Shown piece after piece: positions 12,605 to 26,664 of a stretch of 64,000 nucleotides of DNA. Positions within the stretch are counted from its first letter, which is position 1. Every line of letters begins with the position of its first letter. The notes beneath the pieces were generated by a model. It had not been told where the DNA came from. It ran no database searches and saw nothing but the letters and a program-made list of their open reading frames with translations. Made by a program: the position numbers and the translations under genes. The stretch is from Chrysomallon squamiferum (Eukaryota > Animalia > Mollusca): contig CM022679.1 in NCBI GenBank assembly GCA_012295275.1, forward strand, positions 3,348,001 to 3,412,000, in the 5' to 3' direction.

Positions 12605-15129
12605 TACACGATTTTTCTAACATAAAATACAATATTATTTTACTTATTTATTTAATAATTAAGCAACACTGACAAAATAAGTTTTGTTTTCGCTGTTTTT
12701 CTAAAAAATTTTTTTTTTGGCTTTTGCTTTGACATTAACCTTTTTAATAATGAACAATTCCAAAATTACGTGTTTTTTTTATTATATTAATAATTACCGT
12801 GTTATTATAAAAAAAAAAAAACATTATTACAGTTCTATAATGTAATGATTTTTGAACTGGATATTACTGCTGGAAGTTTATTACTTTGTAAGATAATAAT
12901 GAACTTTCACATAAGACTCTAATTCGGGGCACTGGGCCCATAACCGAAAGATCTAGAGACACATTTACAATTTATCCCTTGACATGCTTTCTGAAGTTAC
13001 TGCTCTGTCCACTCAAGTTATATAATATGTATGTGCATCTGTTAGTATACACTGGAGCTAAATCTGCCTTCAGTACGGACCAAATTAGAATTGGTATATT
13101 TTCATATTTTTTCTAGTGTAGAAGAATATCAAAATAAACTTGTAGTACAGACAACACGCTAAAAATAAAAAATCGTCTTTAAATGGTATTAAACTAATTT
13201 CTGTATTGATTTTCAAATTATATTTTTTATTACTTCAAATATAAAGTCAAATGTGTGGCTTAGTAGTTAGGTGTATCAAATAATAATACAATAAAATAAC
13301 ATATAAATCACGTTAGTTTTTCTTGACATCAGGACACATTAGAGCATTATGAAAAAAAAAAAACTACCAAAAAAAATAATAATAATAAAATAAATTAAAT
13401 TTGAGTATTTTGCAAAAATGTTTCCACTTGAGTGCGAAGATTCCTTTTGGAAATCGCTGTTTACCTGGACATCTGGCGTATCAAACTATTTCTTTCATAT
13501 TTTCATCACCTGTAACACATATTTCAGAAAAAAAAAACTAAAAAATATAAAAGTAAACACATTATTACGGACCATGAATATTTTATATATCATTAATTTA
13601 TTGTGATATCAAAAGCATCACAGATTTGTTTAACACACACACACACTTTAATGTTTTATGCTACATGCATCTATAGTGTATAACAGAACTCGCTATGCTA
13701 TCAATGTACGGTCGATACCTCTTAGATTGGAGGACTCCCGTTGAACACGCACGCGGACAGTATTTATTATTATTACATCTGATAAAGCGGACACTTGCAC
13801 CCATCTGGATTTCTTTTCTACAAAATAAATAATTTTATTGTACGGCAGATTTAAAAAAATATTCAAAAAAAAAAAATGGCACAATGCATGCAAGTTGCTT
13901 TTGTTGAATCCCAACAGCCCGCGAACATAAGTCGCACAACACTTGCCAGCCAAATGACATGAGTTCAAAACATTTGGTACGTAATTTTGATAATTCAAGC
14001 GTTCAACATCATTCCATGCATATTTGTGTTTTATAAATTCCGCGTCTTAGCGGTATTTATGAAGAAAAAAATCGGGATCTGTTTCGGTTTCAAAACCACT
14101 ATTTCTAAAAACATAAATACACCTTATGTTTATTGTGATGTTTTTTATGATGTTCAAAATATGTTTTATTTGGAATTGTTTTGTTTTTTTAAGGAGAAAG
14201 CTGTGACAGTGCCATCCACGACGATGTATGTTTGTTGTGGGTACTGATGTGATGGATGTAAGAAAAGACTAAATATGTTTAAAACAACTGTCTGATGAGA
14301 GCACGTCTGGAAAGTTGTAACCCTTTTGATCGGTCCCGCTGGTACTACTGTAATTGTTGAAAATAGACTTTATATCAGTATTGTGTTTCATGACATGAAT
14401 TATATTTACATCGTTTGCTGTGTTTACATTTCAACGTATTACTCGTTCGCTTTTTATGCAATAGTATTAATTAAAAAGAAAATCTGTGAGTGTTGTAGTA
14501 TGTTATTATTTTGTTTTGTCATGTTGTTTCTTTAATTTCAAGATCATTTTTGTTAAACCTTCTAGATGGATACCTTAATTTTACCTTCTTCAAACACACA
14601 CACAACAAAGACTTCATTACGCATAATAAGGGAAAAGAAAAACCTTTAGATTTTGGACATAAATGTAGCATGAAGATAGAAAACCATATTATACCATGCA
14701 TGAACACAAAAAGTGATTCTGACATACAGAAATACTAAACTATATTCATGAACATTAGAAGATCAACAAAATAATATTAGCAACAATAACAATAATAATG
14801 ATAATAATAATAATTAAAAAAATACTAATAACAAAGATACCTAAACAATGATATTGGGAGATTTCAAATTCTGTTGTAATATATTCAAACTTTATTGACT
14901 ATAAATTGCCATTTAGGAACAGAGACCTTTCTTTTTTCTGTTCTTTTGTTTGGGAAAATCGAAAACAATTTAATTATATTCAATATTTAAATATATTCAT
15001 GAGATGTAAACAGACGTGACAGAAATTGTTTATAAGTGCATACGTATGACAAATATCTACCTATAGATCTAAATTTCGGTATCATAAGGCTTTTCATTTT
15101 GCCGCGGTATTATTATTATTTATACACAA

Positions 15130-18100
15130 AACACTGAAGTTTTCATAGACGTTATTTTGAATAGTTTTGAAATGCGATCTCTTGCAGTATTTGTGTTTGC
15201 CTATCTAGCGCTGATGAACGCATCAGTTAAAGGTAAATGTATGAAATTGTTCATCTCCAACCACACTAATTCACACCTATCTATCTCCTACATATACCCA
15301 TCTGCTTAGATATTATTACACAGTATACACAGCTTTATCTGAAATTATCATGTAATTTACTCCTTTGATTATCTTAATGAAAAACCATTGATAGCAGAAA
15401 CCAAATGCAACCAGTGTTTTGTTTTTTCTGTAAAGTTACATTTTCTTAACAAGTGCTGTTCTAGATATTCACTTCTCATGATAGTATTATTATTCCCATA
15501 AGAAATTCTTATTAAATTCTCTGGTTATTGCTTTGACGTATTTCATTGTAAAATGCCAGGCAATCCTAGACTTCAAAATTTTAATATCATTACACCTTTA
15601 ACTTTAAAAAATAAATTAAAATCAAAATATTTAGCAGAATGTTACGTCATCTGTATTTACTCGTAGAACAGAAGTGCATAATGAAGGATCTATGTTTTTT
15701 GAAACGATTACTTTGAATAGAGTTCAATGTTTCAAAATGCGTTTATTTGAAATATCTTTGTTTATCTTTCTAGCACCGACAAGTTCATCAGCTGAAGGTA
15801 AGTGTAACATTATTCATTTTCAGCCAGGTCTAATTTACACCTATCTATCTACCTACATATACCTACCTACACACAAGAAAAAGCAACAACACTGAGGTTT
15901 CCATACCGATTACTTTGAGTAGAGTTCAGTTTTTCAAAATGCTTTTGTTTGCAATATCTGTGTTTATCTTTCTAGGAATGACAAATTCATCAACTAAAAG
16001 TAAGTGTAACATTATTTATTTTCAGCCAGCGCTAATTTACACCTACCTATCTACCTACATATACCTACCTACCTACTGACTTACATACATTCGTATTCTA
16101 ATGGATGGTGCGATAAAATGTTATGTGATGAAAAGTGAAACATTAGTTAAGCTGATTAGAATGTATCTTATTAAACAGTACATACAGCTTTATCTGAAAT
16201 TATCACATAATTTACTCCTTTAATTATCTTAATTTTTATATCACATTTGTGAGGTGTCATCTTCTGTCACTGTAAAGTTTTATTAGTAGTTAAACCATTG
16301 ATAGCAGAAACCAAATGCAGCCAGGTTTCGTTTTTTATAAAGTTACATTCTCTTAACATATGTTTCTTCTAGATAATTACTTCTCATGATAGTATTATTA
16401 TTATTCCCATAAGAAATTCGTATTAAATTTTCTGGTTATTGCTTTGACGTGTTTCATTGTAAAATGCCAGGCAATCCTAGACTTCAAAATTTTAATATCA
16501 TTACACCTTTATCTTTAAAAAATACTATTAAAATCAAAATATTTAGCAGAATGTTGCGTCATCTGTGTTTACTCGTAGAACAGAAGTGCATAATGAAGGA
16601 TCTATGTTTTTTGAAACGATTACTTTGAACAGAGTTCAATTTTTCAAAATGCGTTTATTTGAAATATCTGTGTTTATCTTTCTAGCACCGACAAGTTCAT
16701 CAGCTGAAGGTAAGTGTAACATTATTCATTTTCAGCCAGGTCTAATTTACACCTATCTATCTACCTACATATACCTACCTACTCACAAGAAAAAGCAACA
16801 ACACTGAGGTTTCCATACCGATTACTTTGAGTAGAGTTCAGTTTTTCAAAATGCTTTCGTTTGCAATATCTGTGTTTATCTTTCTAGGAATGACAAATCC
16901 ATCAACTAAAAGTGAGTGTAACATTATTTATTTTCAGCCAGCACTAATTTACACCTACCTATCTACCTGCATATACCTACCTACCTACTGACTTACATAC
17001 ATTCGTATTCTAATGGATGGTGCGATAAAATGTTATGTGATGAAAAGTGAAACATTAGTTAAGCTGATTAGAATGTATCTTATTAAACAGTACATACAGC
17101 TTTATCTGAAATTATCACATAATTTACTCCTTTAATTATCTTAATTCTTATATCACATTTGTGAGGTGTCATCTTCTGTCACTGTAAAGTTTTATTAGTA
17201 GTTAAACCATTGATAGCAGAAACCAAATGCAGCCAGGTTTCGTTTTTTGTAAAGTTACATTCTCTTAACATATGTTTCTTCTAGATATTTACTTCTCATG
17301 ATAGTATTATTATTATTCCCATAAGAAATTCGTATTAAATTTTCTGGTTATTGCTTTGACGTGTTTCATTGTAAAATGCCAGGCAATCCTAGACTTCAAA
17401 ATTTTAATATCATTACACCTTTATCTTTAAAAAATAAATTAAAATCAAAATATTTAGCAGAATGTTGCGTCATCTGTGTTTACTCGTAGAACAGAAGTGC
17501 ATAAAGAAGGATCTATGTTTTCTGAAACGATTACTTTGAATAGAGTTCAATTTTTCAAAATGCGTTTGTTTGAAATATCTGTGTTTATCTTTCTAGCACT
17601 GACAAATTCATCAGCTGAAGGTAAGTGTAACATTATTCATTTTCAGCCAGGTCTAATTTACACCTATCTATCTACCTACATATACCTACCTACTCACAAG
17701 AAAAAACAACAACACTGAGGTTTCCATACCGATTACTTTGAATAGAGTTCAATTTTTCAAAATCGTTTGTTTGAAATATCTGTGTTAATCTTTCTAGCAC
17801 TGACAAATTCATCAGCTGAAGGTAAGCGTAACATTATTCATTTTCAGCCAGCACTAATTTACATATATCTATCTACCTACATATACCTACCTACACACAA
17901 GAAAAAACAACAACACTGAGGTTTCCATACCGATTACTTTGAATAGAGTTCAATTTTTCAAAATCGTTTGTTTGAAATATCTGTGTTAATCTTTCTAGCA
18001 CTGACAAATTCATCAGCTGAAGGTAAGTGTAACATTATTCATTTTCAGCCAGCACTAATTTACATCTATCTATCTACCTACATATACCTACCTACCTACT

Positions 18101-19190
18101 TACTTACATACATTCATATTCTAATGGTTGGTGCCATAAAATGTTATGTGATGAAAAGTGAAACATAAGTTAAGCTGATTAGAATTAGTTTTATTTACAC
18201 AGTACAGATAGCTTTGTTTGAAATTATCACATAATTGACTCCTTTAATTATTTTAATTTTTATATCACATTTGGAGTTGTCATCTTCTGTCACTGTAAAG
18301 TGGTAAAACCATTGATAGCAGAAACTAAATGCAACCAGGTTTCGTTTTTCTGTAAAGTTACATTCTCTTAACATATGTTTCTTCTAGATATTTACTTCTC
18401 ATGATAGTATTATTATTATTCCCATAAGAAATTCGTATTAAATTTTCTGGTTATTGCTTTGACGTGTTTCATTGTAAAATGCCAGGCAATCCTAGACTTC
18501 AAAATTTTAATATCATTACACCTTTATCTTTAAAAAATAAATAAAAATAAAAATATTTAGCAGAATTTTACGTCATCTGTGTTTACTCGTAGAACAGAAG
18601 TGCATAAAGAAGGATCTATGTTTTCTGAAACATTACTTTGAATAGCGTTCATTTTTTCAAAATGCGTTTGTTTGAAATATCTGTGTTAATCTTTCTAGCA
18701 CTGACAAATTCATCAGCTGAAGGTAAGTGTAACATTATTCATTTTCAGCCAGCACTAATTTACACCTATCTATCTACCTACATATACCTGCCTACACAAA
18801 AGAAAAAACAACAACACTGAGGTTTCCATACCCATTACTTTGAGTAGAGTTCAGTTTTTCAAAATGCTTTCGTTTGCAATATCTGTGTTTATCTTTCTAG
18901 CACCGACAAGTTCATCAGCTGAAGGTAAGTGTAACATTATTCATTTTCAGCCAGGTCTAATTTACACCTATCTATCTACCAACATATACCCATCTGCTTA
19001 GATATTATTACACAGTATACACAGCTTTATCTGAAATTATCACATAATTTACTCCTTTAATTATCTTAATTTTAATATCACATTTAGTGTTGTCATCTTC
19101 TGTCACTGTAAAGTGGTAAAACCATTGATACCATTGTAATATATATATTTTTTTTTTAGCAGAATGTTACGTCATCTGTGTTTATTTGTG
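15130..19190 (+). repeat. nested tandem repeat (~202 bp subunit within ~912 bp unit) carrying 10 copies of the signal-peptide exon
   Basis: Exon copies start at 15172, 15737, 15939, 16649, 16851, 17560, 17762 (no ATG), 17963 (no ATG), 18662 and 18864. Intact copies are 61 nt followed by a GT donor. Offsets are 202, 912 and 911. Confidence 0.92.
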
Positions 19191-22100
19191 AAACAGAAGT
19201 GTTTTTTGAAGTGCTGAATGTAATTGTTTGTCTGATTAAAGAATGTAGAGAAGAAATTTTTTGTTTTATTAAATTCGTAATAAATTTTGATAGGGGGTCA
19301 ATGAAATTTTGTGATGAAGATTCGGAGTTGAAGGACACTGAAATAGTATAAGAAGCATTGGTTACAGGTTGCAGAGGTTTTTATTATTTTTCTTCAGATG
19401 ATTACAGGATTGTTTGCTATTACACAAACTGGTCGCAGTACAGATACGGAAAAGCCAAGTTTGTACCAGAAGACATAGATCCTTCGCTATGCACCCATGT
19501 CGTTTTTGCTTTTGCTAGCCTGAATTCAAAGCCTGGACAATTCAAAGGTTAGCAATAAAGAAAATGAATTAATATATATATCCTATTTTTAGAACACTTT
19601 ATTAAGCTTTGCCTTTATATAATGTAAATGTTAAAGCACAAAATGGTTTTCAGTGGATCAATAAGAAAACAAAAAATAACAGTAATACCAGATACTTCAT
19701 TTTAAGGCTGTATTCATACAAAAATGACCATATTAGTTTGGGAAAGAGTTTTGTTTTCTTCTTTATTTTCTTTCTTTAAAATCAGTTTAATTTCTTATCG
19801 CCGCGTAGTTATATTATTATTCATCATTTAGTGAATGTATAAAGACTAAAGAAAGATAGTTCATCATTCGGTTCTTAGCTTTTTTCAGTGAAATATATTC
19901 ACTGTATAAATTTCAAAAAAATAAAAATAAAAATAAATGAAACAAATAATAATAAAAAAATAATAATAAAGTAAATAAAAAAGAAATAAAAAAGAGATTA
20001 TTTTTAATCATTAGCCAGTCCTAAATAATAATCGAAAATAACTCTACGTATTTCTTAATATCAGATTATTTCGAAACAAGTATTCTTACCAAAATTATAG
20101 CTTATTCTCTGGACGAAACAAAACACAATTTTTTTATATTGATGCATTGGATTGAATTAAGTCACCCCAGGCTATCTCAAGCAGTTTTCTACATGTACAG
20201 TCCTCAATAAACGTAAACATGAACGTAAATTTTCGTTTTTATTGAACTGTAGTAAACAAACAAAAACACGACAAACATCACACATTTATCATTACGATGT
20301 AATACATGAACCTAATGGGTCTCCTTTTTGCAGTTAAATTGACAGCTTTCGAATGGAATGATGAATCTACTGGAGATTTCAGAGGAATGTAGGTTATCAT
20401 AATTACTTTATATACGAAGATATTCGTTCATTTCTGAATTTACGAAAGTTTATTGTATAATTCTTTTTAAATATATTTTTAATAATCTTTTAGTCAGATT
20501 AATATAAGAAATACTTTCATTTGTGTAAAAGTAAGCGATGAAGAACAAAAGTGTTTTTGTCTTTGTCTTTCTCATTTTCAGTTCTTGTTAGATGCTGCGG
20601 ATTTTTAAACAATACATACAGACACATATATACACACCTACACTCAGACATTTTCTTGATTTTATAACACATTAGTAATTGATGTTTTACTTGAAGGTAT
20701 GAAAGGTTTCAAAGAATTCTTGATCAGCATCCTAATGTCAAAAGACTTCTCGCTGTTGATGGATTGAGCAACTTAGCAAGCTCGGAAAATGATTATTTTA
20801 GATCATTCTCAGCTCGCCGATATTTTATTGAAAGTATAATCATTTTGTTAAGAAAATACAACTTTGATGGGATCGATTTGTACTGGAAGAAATCGGTCGG
20901 AACTGAAAATTCAGAAAACATGGTTACATTCCGACGCATTGTTCAGGTAAACTTAGAAATCAAACTGACATGTCTGGTGTCTTTAACTGTTTTCTTTATT
21001 TAGTCTGCAGATATTCAGTATCTCAACATTTATCATATTTTACATTGACGCGATAGCAGATAAATAAAAATAAAATTTTATCTTATACATCGCTCTTATG
21101 TTTAATTCAGATAATTCAGGTAAGTACAAGAAATGATTGCATGTTTTATTATATATTACATATATTCAGTTGTTATTCCTGAAACATAATTAATTTTTTT
21201 TTCTGTAGTCGATGCGGGCAAGCTTTTCCATAGAAGCTACAAAAACGGGAAAAGAATTATTGATGGTTGTAACTACAAATGCTGATCTGGAAAATGAGGA
21301 AATACAAAAAGCTTTGGCTGTAATATGCAGGTTGTATGAGGAAATAAATAAAATCGATCGTATGAGAAAAGTATGGAATACATGTAGCTTAGTTATTAAC
21401 AGTGATAAATATAGAAATAGTCTTTACTGAATGAAAGAATAAATAAATAAATATTAGTTCAACTACATCCAAAATAAATGTTGAGAGTTAATGGTTTTTG
21501 GAATTCGTTTATATCATAAACTGGAAGTAAAATTCTTTTTGACCTACTATGCTCGACGAAGTCATTTGTATATACATCGGTCTGGATAGTATTCCATTCC
21601 AGCAAACACAAAAGTTCTGTGTTAGCAGTGGGCAGTAATTCTGAAATTCTTAAATCCAATCGAGCTAATAAGAAATAACATATGAAGTCATTTAAGTATC
21701 ACGTTCAGATATGCTTGTTTTTACTGATATCGACTTTTTAAAGATGCTTTATCTTCTGAAGTTATAACTTTATACAATGTCATACTTTTTAGAAAAGCTG
21801 ATTTCATAAACATCATGGCGTATGATTTCCATGGTCCTTTGTCTCAAGTTACAAAACACATCAGTGCACTTTATCAAAAGAGTGATTTCGTGATAAATAA
21901 TGTTGTGAGTTTACGTATTTGTTATAACAAAAAGACATATAGTACTTGTAAATGAGTTTGTAAATACTTCTAGTCTGAGGTTCCACTTTTATATGGTAGT
22001 AAAGTTTAGGTGGTTTTAGCTGTTTGTTGGTTGTTTGTTGGTTGTTTGTTTCTGTTTATATGCTTGTTTTTCTATTTTCTTTGTGTCTCTAATTTTTAAA

Positions 22101-24992
22101 TAATTAATTTAGAGATAGATCTTATTTTCTTCTTGCTTATGTGTGTGTATATATATATATATATTCTGCTAAATAAATATATATAATTTCGGCAGAATTT
22201 CATAATGCAATCTTGGGCATTTCTTCCGTGTGCTAAAGGAAAGCTAAATCTCGGTATAGCACTGTTTGGTCGATCGTTTACTCTCACATCAGATGAAGAT
22301 GGTCTAAATGCGCCTGCTGCTCCAGGAAGACGTGGTTGGTACACTCGAACTGATGGATTTCTGGCACATTACGAGGTCAGATATACACACGTTTGTGTCT
22401 GCGTGTGCGTATGCGTCCCTGTCAAAAGCAATAGTAATTTCTTCATTAACTGATACATTTATTTAGTTATCTGTCCTTTTCTAGTTCTTATTAAATGTAA
22501 ATGAAAGATTTCTGGGACATTATGAGGTGGCTTTTATACACATTTATCTGTGGGTATCTGAGAAAGAAAAAAAAATGTATTTATTTAAATCAAAATTCAT
22601 ACTTGACGCATTCATTTAATCTTCTATTCCTTTGTTATTTTTTCATTATATGTAATAAGCAATGCTGTTTTATTCAGACGATGTAATATAAAAACAAACA
22701 AAAAGATGTTTAATAGCTGGATTTTTTATCTTGCTTAATGTATTTTGCTGTCCTTTTAAAGAGTGATACCTTACTAAAACATTGCTATTCTAATTTGTTT
22801 TATTATTATTTTTATACAGATGTAATATATAACATAATATATATATATATAGGTATATCTTAAATTAAACAGGTATGTAAAATGAAGACTGCATCCTCTA
22901 AAGTGATATACTTAGAACAAGAAAAGGTTTTCTACATGGTACAAGGAAATCAGTGGGTAGCATATGAAAATGCGAGAAGTATTAGAGACAAAGTAAGTTT
23001 TTTCACCGCTTAAGAGAAATTTACATTTTAAAATTCGCAGTTTTCATCAAGAATGCATCCTAAGATCCATCTGGAAAACAGTCTCCGTTAAGTGACATTG
23101 AGAAAAAGAAAATACAAAATGTTCTGCAAACTGTGAAGTTAATGGCAGTCCGGATGATAGCCTTGAAAACATTACTGATTACAGTCTATTCAGTATTTAA
23201 TCTTTTGCACCAATCGTATATTGCCTTGTTTCATATTCTCTGCTTACATATTCACACGCAAACACACGCACCCAAACATTACGTACGTAGAGAGATACAC
23301 ATGTACCAGCCTATATGCATACTTGTTTCCAATCGAATTTTTTTGTGTCGTTTCCAGTCAGTAAGACTACTAGAATGAATTATGCAAAATTGGCGAACAT
23401 TTTCATAAATTCAAAACAGCCGCCGTGAAATCAGCAAAATATATAATCTTACTTATATTGTGTTTTTAGTCCAGTTAAGTACTACTCTGTGGTTTCAGAT
23501 GATGGTGAACTGAGTCCAGTATTGAAAACTGTTTTCACTGCCAAATTTCTGAATGACACATAAGAAGTCATCTCAGTTATCTGCAGTGACTTGCACATTG
23601 TCTAGTGTTTCAGCAACTAACGACATGTTTGTACATACACCAAGATATTGTCCACGTGCTACAGAACAGTTCAGATCTGATGCTCGGCATGCTCACGTGA
23701 CGTGTAACCTGATTTGCAGTTGTGTCTAATGACTTTCGGAAGTTGCTTTGGGACTACTTATTTGTCTGCCATGACTGGGTACAATTTTGAAGCGACAATT
23801 TCCGACCCAATCGCTAGCAAAACTCCTCTTTAATATGCTTGGCCTTGGTGATATACCCTTGGTAGTATACCTTATGATAATATATTGCTGCAGATGTAGG
23901 AGGAAGTCACTGAAACTGATCAAAGGATGTACTGGACTCAACTTTCTGACAAAACTTTTTCAAGAAGGCCAGTTGTTCTCTTCGTTTAACACTGAAACTG
24001 CAGAAAACAACCAGTTATTTTCTCCAGCAGTGACTGTTACATGGACATTTGACTGGTTATTAAGGAAAACTGATGCCTGATCATCATAGAATTCATTTGA
24101 CCTGAAATATTTTGAAACAATTCCTTTTCTCAAATACAAAACACAAGACGTTATGTTATACCCCAGAAATTTTTTTTTATAAATATAATGTTCTCACAAA
24201 AACATTTCCCTAAGGCAGTTTTAGTCAGTTTTATATTTCAACATTTCGACAATTTCTTCAAACCAGCTTTCTTTTCTGGAAACAATATCAGAAGATCGGT
24301 GCCATCACCAACCAGAACTATGTGTACTGAATGTGGGCGTTCAAGAGCACTTTGCACAATCTTGAAATCTGCATCACCTTGTCTTGTCATAATACACATC
24401 CATGTTCAGTCAAAGTGTTACCCAGAAAGCTGATGATATTGTGCTGGTTCTGAGTACTTGCAAGTTCATCTATCCTTCATGTCGGGACCATGTCGAGAGT
24501 GAACTGCACAGTTGGACCAATAATGTGTTCCATCTTTAGTTGATGGCTAATAATGATATCTTTCAAATATAATAGATTCACTTTTATTGAAATAAAAAGA
24601 ATTATTGTTAAGCAATCTGTGCATATGTAGATTCAGTATCATCCCTCAGTTCAGTTCTTTCAGCTTTGAGAATGTCAACAAAGACCTCATGTCCATGCAG
24701 ATATTATTTGTCTGCTTTCATTCTGTCTTTAGTTCGCTTAATGTCTGAGGAAAAACAGATATGAGCAACTCATCCGAGACAAGCCTTTGGAAAATTCTTT
24801 AAGCCTGATTAGCAACATATTCTTCTCTTCAAACGTGATTGACTCCTAACTACAATTTTAGATCTTTTTAACCTGATTTTAATGACAAAAATTCAAAGTT
24901 TCAGTAAACAACTTTTTATTAGGCAATCTTGATGGCTGAACGGTATCGAAGTCCGCCTTCATACATACATACAACATATTTACATATATGTC

Positions 24993-25041
<49 letters not shown>

Positions 25042-26664
25042 ACATACACACACATATAGACACAAACACACTCACATCTTACAGGTATGCTACACAAAAG
25101 AAGATGGGTTTGGAGGAGTTATGATCTGGGCTCTAGATCTCGATGACTTTAATGGAGAGTTTTGTGGAAAAGGAAAATGGCCGCTGTTAAAGGCTGTGAA
25201 AAGTCAGACTGAAGAAAGACCTCCATGTGAACCAATGACTAAGTATGTGTTTAGTTCATTAAAGAGGTTGTCATGATGTTTGTTATATTCTGGAACACTT
25301 TTCTCAATACATTATTCTATTGTTATATTTCTTTTACATGAATAAACTTTACGTGGTTCATATAAAAATGAAATCCAGTAAATATTTTGCGATTATTATC
25401 CTTGTGCAGAGTAATATATTTAATTCTGACGAAATATTTTACGTAATATTATCAAAAGAACACATTTCCGCTAGTAAAAGTATTTGACACTGACAAAGTT
25501 AATTAGATGCAACACATTAAACATATTTACATATTCATAGAAGTAATGAATTAAGTATAATTATGATAATACTAACACAAATATTTTTTTAAATTTTGTA
25601 TCTAGAAGGAAGCTGATGAAAGGTATATTTTATTTATTTATTTTATGATAATAGTAATATTAATATAAAAGATGCCTTTCTGGTAACAGAAGGCAATGTC
25701 CCATGATGTAGTTATCGCTGGTTTACCATATCGTTATCTGGTCCTTAACTTACATGTCCGACATTATATAGGCTTGTTGAATATAATAAGTATGTTGTTT
25801 ACATAAAATACACATAACATTCGCATAAAATTCATTGCTTTGTCACAGACACTGACTGAGTAGTGAGATGTAATGCATGTTTATGTTATATGATGTCGAT
25901 ATATTGACATCAGTAACACTTAATAATCACAAGAAATTTAACATTAGGAACATTTAGACAGTTTTTGAGTTTACTGAAGGCAATAATGCTAAAAAGAGAA
26001 ACATATAATTGAAAACGGCAATCATTTCAGAACATGCACATATTTCGAATGGCTAGAACCTTTTATTCGTTTTAAGCGAACTGTGGAAGATATTCGTGCT
26101 AGTTTTAGCAGTACAGTTTGAATGCTTTTACTCCTAAATAGTCCTTACCTGCTCCAAGAAAAGAACAACAAATGCTTTACAAGAGTAATATATTTCGATA
26201 TTATTTTGAGAAAAACGTCATAAATAAAATGTATTTATTTTAAAAGTTAGTGCTATATTTATTTTAATTTGCTAGTATTTTGTCGTTTTTTTTTATCATG
26301 TTTATTTTTATTTATATTCTGTTTTGTATATTTAAACAGCTTCTTCTTCTTCTTCTTTTTCTTTATATATTATTAATTATTACTTCTTTTCTTCCACAAG
26401 AATGTATGCACAGCTGATTTCTTGTATTTATTTTAACACCTAATGTCTTATGTGAGACAGATAAATTAATGTTGATGTGATTTTCGTTTACTTTTTTCAG
26501 TTTTTGATACGGAGTTTTGTAAGGATAAGCCTAATGGCAATTACCTGAAGTCTTCCAGTGACAATAGTTACTACGAATGCGTAGATGGAAATACGATGAT
26601 ATGGAGGTGCAATGATGGTTTCATTTACAATAAGGAAAGAATGTCGTGCCTGTTTAAAGTATAA
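18864..26664 (+). CDS. GH18 chitinase-like protein (chi-lectin) paralog 2 with C-terminal CBM14, ~462 aa
   Basis: Exons 18864-18924 (or any of 8 intact signal exons from 15172), 19398-19547, 20334-20388, 20697-20946 (FDGIDLYWKK), 21209-21330, 21793-21904 (MAYDFHG), 22196-22375, 22873-22992, 25085-25242, microexon 25606-25622, and 26501-26664 (FCKDKPNGNY...YYECVDG...WRCNDG...SC). All GT-AG; total 1389 nt, in frame. Confidence 0.88.
23340..24960 (-). mobile_element. decayed transposon-like element with PIN/FEN1-like acidic motifs and a C-terminal CXC-like Cys cluster, in intron 8 of paralog 2
   Basis: Minus-strand fragments PSTKDGTH, GDADFKIVQSAL...VLVGDGTDLLIL, LPPTSAAIYYHKVYYQ and KVIRHNCKSG...CRASDLNCSVA, with stops and frameshifts. 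Absent from the paralogous introns. Boundaries approximate. Confidence 0.65.
24997..25038. repeat. (TG)n microsatellite
   Basis: Perfect TG run upstream of exon 9 of paralog 2. Confidence 0.95.

Noticed and set aside
15674-18820. Repeated 60-80 aa ORFs as standalone small secreted peptides (..[14 protein letters not shown]..)
   Set aside because: They read through a strong G|GTAAGT donor into intron sequence. A splice to GH18 exon 2 explains them better, although unspliced products cannot be excluded.
15130-19190. CRISPR-like or satellite interpretation of the regular repeats
   Set aside because: Units are ~200 and ~900 bp duplications of an exon plus intron, with no short repeat/unique spacer pattern, in a eukaryotic context.
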